From assembly GCA_042570605.1 (NCBI GenBank), contig JBHPGK010000003.1, positions 1-55,997 on the forward strand: DNA of 55,997 nt, given 5' to 3'. Each line of letters opens with the position of its first letter. Within the stretch, counting starts at the first letter, position 1. Position numbers and translations under genes: made by a program. Shown here piece after piece: positions 10,043 to 18,415 of the stretch. The notes under the pieces are model-generated. The model was not told the DNA's origin. It searched no databases and saw only the letters and a program-made list of their open reading frames with translations. The DNA comes from Candidatus Zhuqueibacterota bacterium (GTDB lineage Bacteria > SM23-31 > JBHPGK01).

Positions 10043-10351
10043 GCAAGCGTTCTGCTCCATGCGTTCTACTCTTTATTTTTCACAAAATGATTCACCTTTT
10101 GTTAATCTTGAAATGACCTTGTGGAGAATTCCCCTGAATTATATTAATTTTCTTTCATTTTTTTTCACTTTTTTCTGGACTTTTAGAAAAAATTTAAGTA
10201 TGTTACGGAAAAATTTGGCGTAATAGCGAAATTCCGTTCTTTTTTATATTCATAATACTTAAGATTCAGTACGATTTTCAAAGGGTGCTGTAATTATTGA
10301 AAAGGCAAGGGAAATATTCAAAATTAAGTATAAACAAATCGAATTTAGAGC

Positions 10352-10380
10352 TTGACAAGAAAAAAATATTTTATTATATT
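10352..10380 (+). promoter_or_regulatory. Sigma-70-type promoter for the lipoprotein pair
   Basis: TTGACA-N17-TATATT; implies a leader of about 250 nt before ATG 10636. Confidence 0.6.
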
Positions 10381-10635
10381 TGTGCGTTGAAGAGGGCTTT
10401 TTTGTATTGGTTTGTAATTTTTACACTCGATTTAATTTTATTTTCGAAAACATGGTAGCGCTGTATTATTCTGAGAATATATTTATTAAATAGAAATTCA
10501 GGTAAAATTAATAAATAAACAAGTTTGAGATTTGTGGAGGAGGTGATAGGACAGCTCAAATTTACTGATTTTTTTCTTCACATTTATTTTTTAGAAATTA
10601 AAACAGAAAAACTATATAAGCTTAGGAGGCAAAAC

Positions 10636-12357
10636 ATGGCAAAATTTTACCGATTTAGATTTGGAATAGTTCTTCTTTCAGTTTTACTCCTTGCCGCATT
10701 TTTCAGCTGCTCGGAGCAACCGTATAACAGGGCACTTCCAAATCTTGTACCGGATACCTTCATTGGCGATGTTGCCCTTACTCCCGTAGGTGCGTTTTCA
10801 ACTGAGTACACTGTCACGGTACAGTACAGTGGTCTGGACAGGGATTCAAGAATCACCTATTTCGAATACCACTGGGGTGATGAACAATGGGAACAGGTAG
10901 ATGCAAATTATACCAGTGCCACTGCAGTGTTGGATTTTCCAACAACCGGCACCGAGTTTGAGTTCTATGTCAGGGCAATTGACGAACAGGGTGCTGTTGA
11001 CAACAGCCCTGCTTATCTTCCGATTCCAGGTACACTGGCACATAACGAAAGACCTACAATTTCCATTGCAGGTGCGCCAAGCGGTTCAGAGATAAGCCCT
11101 TATACTTCATTTGTAGTTAAAGGCAATGATGCTGTTGGAAAAATTGACCACATCGAATGGAAATTAGATGCAGACGGTGTGTGGAAAACAGTATATCCTG
11201 ACCCGTCTGATTATTCTACGACAGTAGAGTTATGGAACATGCCTGAAGGCTATCATACTTTTTATACAAAAGCGGTCGATAATTTTGGTGCAGAAAGTAA
11301 CGTTTTAACTGCGACATTTCTTGTACGTGGCGGCGGCTATTTCGCACCTTTTGTAACATCTGACCCGCCGGAAGGCGACCTGCTTCTTTATCCGTTAGGT
11401 GAGGAAGGCGACTGGCCCGACATTTCAGTCACTGCTGATGCAGACTTCTATTTCTGCGACATTTCATTTTATTCATATTCCACTAACGGCGGTGTTACAT
11501 GGACAACACAGCAGACACCGATTGATTTTACCTGGGAAGGTTTTGTCAGAAGCGCAGCAGAAATAGAACTGCTTTACAGGATTTACGATAAAGGCGGCAA
11601 TATTGTGGAAGGTTCACTAACATATGTACCGTTGGATATCCAACAGATAATTACCGATAATGGTATCGACATTCTGATGGTTAACGGTAATGATTTTGAA
11701 AGTGCTGGATTTTACGGTACCGGTATGTCACTTGCTTTTGCAGTAGGCGGCTTTACAAATGACCTTCCTTTTGCATATTTTGAAGGTAATCCCACAGTCT
11801 ATGCTCTCGGCTCAAGACCTCCGGGATTTCCATCAGAAGCTGTAGCTCTGGGATTTGGCTCTACTGTTCCGCCTGCTTTAATGGATATGGTTGATGTAAT
11901 TATCGGTCTATTCAATAATTACGGCGGTGACCAGACCACATATAACAACTCAATTGCCAATATGTTAACCTGGGTGAATTCCGAAACAGATAACAGGCTG
12001 GTCCTGAGCGGAAGGTATTTCGCTGATTACTTCTGGAGCGGGATCGACCAGGATTTCGGTGAAGATATTGTATGGCACGATGATGCATACCCGATAACAT
12101 CAACAGGCGCTATTGCCGGAATGCCGGACTTCTCCAATAATCCTGATGGTTACGGCTCTGCTGTTGCAGGTGTTGAAGATCCTGGCGCAGGTTATACTGT
12201 ATTCCTTGAGGGTGCAAACGGATACTATCCGGGTGTCAGCAAGGATGATGCTGACGGCATCCCGAAAATTGTCTTGTTATGCTGGAGAAATTACGACCTC
12301 CTTGGTGCAGATGTCGAAGCAATATATGATGCACTTTATGCGTTGTGGGGTTATTAA
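10636..12357 (+). CDS. Large acidic lipoprotein with Ig/FN3-like repeats and an alpha/beta C-terminal domain
   Basis: Start moved to ATG 10636 (AGGAGG at 10624); lipobox FFS-C; repeats FYVRAIDEQGAVD / HTFYTKAVDNFGAE / YRIYDKGGN. Confidence 0.75.
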   Translation: MAKFYRFRFGIVLLSVLLLAAFFSCSEQPYNRALPNLVPDTFIGDVALTPVGAFSTEYTVTVQYSGLDRDSRITYFEYHWGDEQWEQVDANYTSATAVLDFPTTGTEFEFYVRAIDEQGAVDNSPAYLPIPGTLAHNERPTISIAGAPSGSEISPYTSFVVKGNDAVGKIDHIEWKLDADGVWKTVYPDPSDYSTTVELWNMPEGYHTFYTKAVDNFGAESNVLTATFLVRGGGYFAPFVTSDPPEGDLLLYPLGEEGDWPDISVTADADFYFCDISFYSYSTNGGVTWTTQQTPIDFTWEGFVRSAAEIELLYRIYDKGGNIVEGSLTYVPLDIQQIITDNGIDILMVNGNDFESAGFYGTGMSLAFAVGGFTNDLPFAYFEGNPTVYALGSRPPGFPSEAVALGFGSTVPPALMDMVDVIIGLFNNYGGDQTTYNNSIANMLTWVNSETDNRLVLSGRYFADYFWSGIDQDFGEDIVWHDDAYPITSTGAIAGMPDFSNNPDGYGSAVAGVEDPGAGYTVFLEGANGYYPGVSKDDADGIPKIVLLCWRNYDLLGADVEAIYDALYALWGY

Positions 12358-12413
12358 TACCTCCTAATAGTGAGGGTATTAACAAATAATTAATTAACTA
12401 GGAGGTAAACATA

Positions 12414-14003
12414 ATGAGAAAAAATCTTTATTTAAATATAACTCTGATTTTTGCTGTAGTGTTATTTGGACTTCTTTCAAACTGCAGCTATACGGAACCG
12501 GAGCAGCCGATACAGGTAGCAGATCTCGATCTGAGCTTTACGAGTGATCCCGGTACGGCAGTTGACATCCTTGAAGGCGGTGTAGTAACCTTTCAGTGGA
12601 AAGCTGTTGGCGGTATGGGAGATGTTTTCTATGATTATACCGTTACCGATATTACCACTGCTGCAAGTCCTGTGGTGATTGATGAGGCGACCGGAACAGT
12701 TATTACATCTATCCAGGTCACTCCCACGGATGCCCATACATATGAGGTGGAGGTTACAGCTACGGACGATGATGACGATACCGATACTGAAACAATAACA
12801 TTTACAGCAACTGTAACTGCGGTAGCAACTACTCCTACGGTTACTATCACTAAACCGGGATCAAACTGGAAATACGCATCGGGTCAAGGCGTAATTTTTG
12901 CATGGACGGGCTCCGATCCCAATGGCGAAGCCGTTACTTTCAGTTATAAAATTGACGCTGGTACTTACTCGGATTATGACACGAGAAGTAATATAGGTAT
13001 CACTGGTATATTAGACGGTGATCATACTTTTTATGTAAAGGTAAAGAATTCTGAGGGCGTCGAGACGACTGCTTCTGTAGATTTTACACTTATGCCGGCC
13101 AACATTCTTGTTTTCAATGAAATTACGACTTACGGCACGGGTGCTGAAGAATTCTCTGTTGCACAGGCGGTAGACTTTGAGACTACCTGGAAAAAGAACC
13201 TGGAAGGATTTGCAGTCAAAGTACATTCGTATTGGGATGACGGAGAATTGACCGATGCAGATTTTGTCGGTGTGGATATCCTTCTCTGGTTAGGCTCCGA
13301 CTATCATAACAACTATGGCTGGAATGTCGGGTACCTTTGGGAAATCGGTTTGTTTGAAGAAGGTGTGAATCCGCTTGAGTCTTCATATGCAGATGACCTT
13401 GACCATTTGGCAGCTGTAACTGAATTCCTGGATGCAGGCGGCAAGATCATTTATAACGATCCGTATGGTATTGCTGAATGGGCATATTATGCTTACATAG
13501 GTGCTATTACTGTAACTGATTCAAGTGTAACTCCTGTTACTACGACCACAATTAATGGGTGGTGGGCGGAATATTTACATCTTGAACCTGATTACTGGAC
13601 ACATTGGGTGATACCTCCCGTCGGTGATCGTTATGAAGAATCAGACGAAGACGGTGACGGTTATTGGGATTACTGGGCGGTAAAAGATGCTGTTTCAAAA
13701 TATCCCAACCTGTATCCGACCTTGACGGCGGACGCTGTGAAACCTGGCGTTGTCAACTTTCAATCTCCGCACGTTGAAGTTACAGATCCCGGAACCGGGG
13801 CGGCAGCAATTTATCACAGAACATCCGGTTCACCTGCTGAGCCATCTCCTACTGATTACATTATGATCACGTATCCGGATGCATCCACAGGCCTTGCAAA
13901 TCTGGAATCAGCGTGGGTCTCCTTCCCGATATGGCAGTTCAATGGTGACGGTCAGAGAGCCTTTATGATCCAGATACTGAAACAGATGGGCGAATCCTGG
14001 TAA
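12414..14003 (+). CDS. Large acidic, Thr-rich lipoprotein with Ig-like domains
   Basis: AGGAGGT RBS; lipobox LSN-C; WTGSDPNG..FSYKID, DGDHTFYVKVKN; DEDGDG possible Ca-binding loop. Confidence 0.75.
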   Translation: MRKNLYLNITLIFAVVLFGLLSNCSYTEPEQPIQVADLDLSFTSDPGTAVDILEGGVVTFQWKAVGGMGDVFYDYTVTDITTAASPVVIDEATGTVITSIQVTPTDAHTYEVEVTATDDDDDTDTETITFTATVTAVATTPTVTITKPGSNWKYASGQGVIFAWTGSDPNGEAVTFSYKIDAGTYSDYDTRSNIGITGILDGDHTFYVKVKNSEGVETTASVDFTLMPANILVFNEITTYGTGAEEFSVAQAVDFETTWKKNLEGFAVKVHSYWDDGELTDADFVGVDILLWLGSDYHNNYGWNVGYLWEIGLFEEGVNPLESSYADDLDHLAAVTEFLDAGGKIIYNDPYGIAEWAYYAYIGAITVTDSSVTPVTTTTINGWWAEYLHLEPDYWTHWVIPPVGDRYEESDEDGDGYWDYWAVKDAVSKYPNLYPTLTADAVKPGVVNFQSPHVEVTDPGTGAAAIYHRTSGSPAEPSPTDYIMITYPDASTGLANLESAWVSFPIWQFNGDGQRAFMIQILKQMGESW

Positions 14004-14043
14004 GACTATAACTTTTATAGTCTGAACAGTTATAAATATTTTA

Positions 14044-14082
14044 ATAAGCCCTGCTAAACCTTAAACGTTTAGCGGGGCTTAT
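14044..14082 (+). other. 3' stem-loop after the lipoprotein pair
   Basis: ATAAGCCCTGCTAAAC-loop-GTTTAGCGGGGCTTAT. Confidence 0.5.
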
Positions 14083-14104
14083 CCTCGTTTCTTAATCGTA
14101 TTTT

Positions 14105-14141
14105 AAACCTTCCCTGTTTAAAGACAGGGGAGGTTTTTTTT
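14105..14141 (+). terminator. Rho-independent terminator
   Basis: AAACCTTCCCTGT-loop-ACAGGGGAGGTTT followed by a T run. Confidence 0.8.
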
Positions 14142-14153
14142 GTCTGAAACAAC

Positions 14154-14990
14154 CTCTCGCAGAGACGCAGAGTACGCTGAGAATATTTGTAGGGAAACGG
14201 CTGTTTGCCCTTTTTTAATACCACAGAGTCGTCATTGTGAGCGCAGCGAATCAATCTCATGGCATTAAGAATTCATTGTGTGTATGGTAGGAGATTCCCA
14301 TTTTCATGGGAATGACACGGAAGTGGAACTGTCATTGCGAGGAGTTCTTATCCCGGTTTACCGGGATAAGAACGACGTGGCAATCTCACTGTTTGAAATA
14401 ATCAACCGCAGAGGCGCAGAGGCACAGAGAATATTTGTAGGGGAGCGTGTCCCGATCCCGCCCGTTTGTATTATTATTCCTTCCGCTGAATCATCTCTTT
14501 ACTTCGTAGCTTATGGATTGCTTCGTCAGTTCCTTCGCTTCACTCAGGACAAGCCTCGCAATGACAAAAGAAAGTGTCATTGTGAGCGCAGCGAATCCAT
14601 CTCATGGCATTAAGAATTCATTGTGTGTATGGTAGGAGACTCCCATGAAAGTGCGTGTTGCACAACAGCAAGAATGTCACCCTGAACTTGGTTCAGGGTC
14701 TCCAAAGCAAAAGATAAGATTCTGAAACAAGTTCAGAATGACAGTTTTGAGCCTTCAACTTTTTCAAAAAAGAGTTGTGCAACACACACTTTCATGGGAA
14801 TGACACGGAAGTGGAACTGTCATTGGCAGGAGCGAAGCGACAGCCTGTCCCGAAACCTCGGGGAAGCAATCTACCTCCACGAAGTACATACACTCCATAA
14901 GATTCCCATAATTAAACGCCCCCTGGTACTCGGGGGGACGCGGTGATACCCAATACTCCCCTATATCGTTTTGCGCCATGCGCTATACTC
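14154..14990. repeat. Intergenic REP mosaic with a 71-nt direct repeat and a nested insertion
   Basis: 14231-14301 repeats at 14576-14646 (2 mismatches); several GTCATTG..GCAATCT and ATTCCC-N8-GGGAATGAC palindromes; 26-nt inverted repeat 14641-14666 / 14774-14799. Confidence 0.8.
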
Positions 14991-15071
14991 TTCAATAATA
15001 ACCTTGATTTTTTACCCCATTTGAAGTAAATTTTTGTAATTCAGGAAACAATATATTTTCATATTAATTTT

Positions 15072-15959
15072 ATGAGCAAAAAATTTAAACATAGAATAGA
15101 GTATGGGGGTGTAAGGTTTATTTACGCATTGAACCGGCTTTTTCCCCATAGGCTTGCTATCCTGTTTGCTGACTGTCTTGCGCTGTTCGGATTTTACGTG
15201 ATAAGAATGAGACGTTCTGTGACCCTTGATAACCTCAGGAACGCATTCGGTGATAAAAGTGAAAAAGAATTAAGAAAAATTGCTTATTCAGCTTATAAAC
15301 AGTTTTCAAGAATGATGTTTGAATACGCGAGGTTTCCATATTTCACCGATAAGGAAATTATTAAAAAGGTAGCCCTTGAGAACGAACATGTCCTGAAGGA
15401 ATCATTGGAAAGAGGAAAAGGGGCAATAATTGTGTCGGGGCATTTCGGCAACTGGGAACTGATGGCAGCCGGTATTGCACGGCATGGGTATCCCGTCAGT
15501 CTTCTTGTCGGTGAACAGAAGAACAAAATGGTCGATGATGCGATGAACAACTTCAGAAAAGAGAAGGGGATGGGTATCATTAAGATGGGTGTTGCTGCCA
15601 GGGGCGTAATAAAAGCAGTCAGGGATAATAACTTTGTCGCCCTTCTGTCCGACCAGGATGCAGGCAGGCTCGGTACATTTGTGGATTTTTTCGGGAGGAA
15701 AGCATCCACACCGGGCGGGACAGCTGCGTTTGCTTTAAAAACCGGGGCAGATGTAATATTCAGCATCACCCTGAGGATCGGAAAATGTAATCATAAGGTC
15801 ATCCTTGAAAAAGTAGAATATGATGACATCAAAGATGAAGGCAAAACCGCAATAGCAGAACTTACGCAAAGATATACCTCAAGGCTGGAACATTATGTCA
15901 GGGAATATCCCGATCACTATTTCTGGATGCATAAAAGATGGAAATCAAAACCGGAGTGA
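15072..15959 (+). CDS. lpxL: Lipid A lauroyl/myristoyl acyltransferase (LpxL/HtrB family)
   Basis: GHFGNWE, LLSDQDA, FVDFFG, YPDHYFWMHKRWK motifs. Confidence 0.9.
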   Translation: MSKKFKHRIEYGGVRFIYALNRLFPHRLAILFADCLALFGFYVIRMRRSVTLDNLRNAFGDKSEKELRKIAYSAYKQFSRMMFEYARFPYFTDKEIIKKVALENEHVLKESLERGKGAIIVSGHFGNWELMAAGIARHGYPVSLLVGEQKNKMVDDAMNNFRKEKGMGIIKMGVAARGVIKAVRDNNFVALLSDQDAGRLGTFVDFFGRKASTPGGTAAFALKTGADVIFSITLRIGKCNHKVILEKVEYDDIKDEGKTAIAELTQRYTSRLEHYVREYPDHYFWMHKRWKSKPE

Positions 15960-15962
15960 AAT

Positions 15963-16973
15963 TTGAAGGTCCTGATCGTTCAGACTGCCTTTCTCGGTGA
16001 TGTAATTCTCACTATACCATTGATAAGGGCACTGAAAAAACATATCAAACCGGTGCATCTTCATATCCTTCTCCGCCCGGAAGCTGAAGATGTCTATAGG
16101 AACGATAAAGATATCGATAATATTATAGTTTATGATAAAAAGAACTCTGAAAAAGGTATTCAGCATTTATTTAAGCTGATAAAAAAGGTAAGAGCTGAAA
16201 AATACGAATTAGTAATTTCACCGCACAGGTCGGTGCGTTCTGCTCTGATATCCTATTTATCCGGGGCAAAACAAAGAGTGGGATTCGATAAGAATTCAAT
16301 GAGTATTTTATATAATAAGAAAGTCAAATATATTAACGATAAGCATGAGGTTGAGCGTAATTTAAGCCTTATAGAACCTATTTATGACGGGGAGATCAGT
16401 ATAACGCTGAATATGCAGAATTCAGAAAATGACCGTAAAAAAGCGGATGAATTGATCTCAAATACCGTGAGAGCTGCCGGGCAGGACATCGTGTGTATGG
16501 CACCGGGTTCCGAATGGAGTACAAAAAGATGGCTAACGGAATATTACAGGAAGCTTATTAAATTGTGCAGTTTATCTGATATAAAAGTCGTGCTGTTAGG
16601 GGGTAGTAAGGACAAAAATATCTGCGGTAATATCTCGATCGGATTTGAAAATGTGACAGATCTAAGTGCGAAATTATCCGTTAATGAATCATCGGAGGTA
16701 ATGAAACAATGTAAGCTTCTTGTGTGCAATGATACGGGTGCAATGCACATCGGTTCGGCTTCCGGTATAGATATTATCACTGTATTTGGCCCTACAGTCC
16801 CTGAATTTGGATTTTCCCCTTTTGGTGTGAAAAATAAGATATTACAGTCGGATATTTACTGCCGTCCATGCAGCATTCATGGCGGGGAGAACTGCCCGGA
16901 AGGGCATTTTTTGTGTATGAGGAGTATTACCCCGGATGATGTTATGCAAGAGATCAGGAGATTTTTGAATTAA
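15963..16973 (+). CDS. waaF: GT9 LPS heptosyltransferase II-like
   Basis: QTAFLGDVIL, APGSEWSTKRW, CNDTGAMH, FGPT, CRPC..CP..HFLCM. Confidence 0.8.
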   Translation: MKVLIVQTAFLGDVILTIPLIRALKKHIKPVHLHILLRPEAEDVYRNDKDIDNIIVYDKKNSEKGIQHLFKLIKKVRAEKYELVISPHRSVRSALISYLSGAKQRVGFDKNSMSILYNKKVKYINDKHEVERNLSLIEPIYDGEISITLNMQNSENDRKKADELISNTVRAAGQDIVCMAPGSEWSTKRWLTEYYRKLIKLCSLSDIKVVLLGGSKDKNICGNISIGFENVTDLSAKLSVNESSEVMKQCKLLVCNDTGAMHIGSASGIDIITVFGPTVPEFGFSPFGVKNKILQSDIYCRPCSIHGGENCPEGHFLCMRSITPDDVMQEIRRFLN

Positions 16974-17030
16974 TATTATGTTCCAATTTATTATTTAGAA
17001 AATAAGCAGTAAACATGGGATTGTTCCAAA

Positions 17031-18383
17031 AGTAGAAGGAGTGCCTTGACAGGAGATTCCCGCTTTCGCGGGAATGACACTTAAGGGGTTTATGGGAATG
17101 ATGCTTTTGAGGTTTATGGGAATGATGCATTTGAGGTTTATGGCGGATGACACTTAAGGGGTTTATGGGAATGATGCATTTGAGGTTTATGGCGGATGAT
17201 ATTTTAGGTGTTCAGGCGGGATGATTGGATTCCAATGGGTAAACCGGTAGTGTAATGATACTTATGTATTTGTTATAAAATGATGAGATTCCCGCTGTGG
17301 CAGGAGATTCCCGATCGAGCCGGGAATGACACTTAAGGGGTTTATAGGAATGATGCATTTGAGGTTTATGGCGGATGATATTTTAGGGGTTCAGGCGGGA
17401 TGATACTATCCAGGTGTGTCATTCCCGACTTGATCGGGAATCTCATAGCATTAACCTGTCGTTATTTATGATAAAAAAGTACTACATTTACATAATGTCC
17501 AATAAAAAAGATGGCACTTTGTACATCGGAATCACCAATGATTTAAAGCGGAGAGTTTACGAGCATAAAGATGGAAAAATAAAAGGTTTTACAAAGAGAT
17601 ACAACCTTGATAAATTAATTTATTTTGAAGAATTCAAAAATATTGATGAAGCGATTATAAGAGAAAAGATGTTGAAAAGATGGAACAGGACATGGAAAAC
17701 CGAATTGCTTGAGAAGTCTAATCCTGATTGGAAGGATTTGTATGATGATTTGTTTTGAAATGATAGGATTTCACCTGATAAACGTGTAGTGGAAGGAGTG
17801 CCTTGACAGGAGATTCCCGCTTTCGCGGGAATGACACTTTAGGGGTTTATGGGAATGATGCTTTTGAGGTTTATGGGAATGATGCTTTAGGTGTTCAGGC
17901 GGGATGATTGGATTCCAATGGGTAAACCGGTAGTGTAATGATACTTATGTATTTGTTATAAAATGATGAGATTCCCGCTGTGGTAGGAGATTCCCGCTTT
18001 CGCGGGAATGACACTTAAGGGGTTTATGGCGGATGATATTTTAGGTGTTCAGGCGGGATGATTGGATTCCAATGGGTAAACCGGTAGTGTAATGATACTT
18101 ATGTATTTGTTATAAAATGATGAGATTCCCGCTGTGGTAGGAGATTCCCGATCGAGCCGGGAATGACACTTAAGGGGTTTATGGCGGATGATATTTTAGG
18201 TGTTCAGGCGGGATGATTGGATTCCAATGGGTAAACCGGTAGTGTAATGATACTTATGTATTTGTTATAAAATGATGAGATTCCCACTGTGGTAGGAGAT
18301 TCCCGACTTGATCGGGAATCTCATGGCATTAACCTGTTTTTATTTATGATAAAAAAGTACTACATTTACATAATGTCCAACAA
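17031..18383 (+). repeat. Hierarchical repeat array (dRS3/REP-like palindromes, 24-25 nt subrepeats, ~154 nt higher-order units) around a GIY-YIG gene
   Basis: GGAGATTCCC-N8/9-GGGAAT starting at 17052, 17303, 17809, 17986, 18140, 18295, plus an inverted copy at 17416-17444; intervening blocks are near-identical. Confidence 0.92.
17468..17758 (+). CDS. Small stand-alone GIY-YIG nuclease (96 aa)
   Basis: YYIYIM..TLYIGITNDLKRRVYEH..REKMLKRW..NPDWKDL; start ATG 17468 (the longer ORF 5' end is translated repeat). Confidence 0.92.
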   Translation: MIKKYYIYIMSNKKDGTLYIGITNDLKRRVYEHKDGKIKGFTKRYNLDKLIYFEEFKNIDEAIIREKMLKRWNRTWKTELLEKSNPDWKDLYDDLF

Positions 18384-18414
18384 ATCAAAATGTAAAAAGT
18401 TAATTAAACAGTAA
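18346..18414 (+). pseudogene. Truncated second copy of the GIY-YIG gene
   Basis: MIKKYYIYIMSNK (13 codons) identical to 17468 copy, then unrelated sequence and a stop 2 nt before the tsaC ATG. Confidence 0.85.
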
Positions 18415-18415
18415 A

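Larger units (their letters stand above)
9090..10065. repeat. Intergenic mosaic of REP-like palindromes and short repeats
   Basis: GTCATTCCG/GTCATTGCG..GCAATCT palindromes, mini-hairpins, CGCAGAG repeats, heptamer run; no credible CDS. Confidence 0.75.

Noticed and set aside
9163-10223. Short ORFs at 9163, 9255, 9258 and 9936
   Set aside because: Translations of palindromic and heptamer repeats, without RBS or protein-like composition.
10525-10635. Longer TTG start for the first large lipoprotein
   Set aside because: ATG 10636 has an AGGAGG RBS and places the signal peptide and lipobox at the N-terminus.
10387-10635. Riboswitch in the long leader
   Set aside because: No known riboswitch consensus recognisable by eye; a covariance-model search would be needed.
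14069-14979. ORFs at 14069, 14278 and 14764
   Set aside because: Repeat-derived frames (CHCERSE, DSHFHGND) within the REP mosaic.
17414-17467. N-terminal extension of the GIY-YIG ORF (MCHSRLDRES..)
   Set aside because: It is a translation of the inverted palindrome; the family-like sequence starts at ATG 17468.
17031-18383. CRISPR array
   Set aside because: Sequences between the palindromes are near-identical and much longer than spacers, one repeat is inverted, and there are no cas genes in the window.
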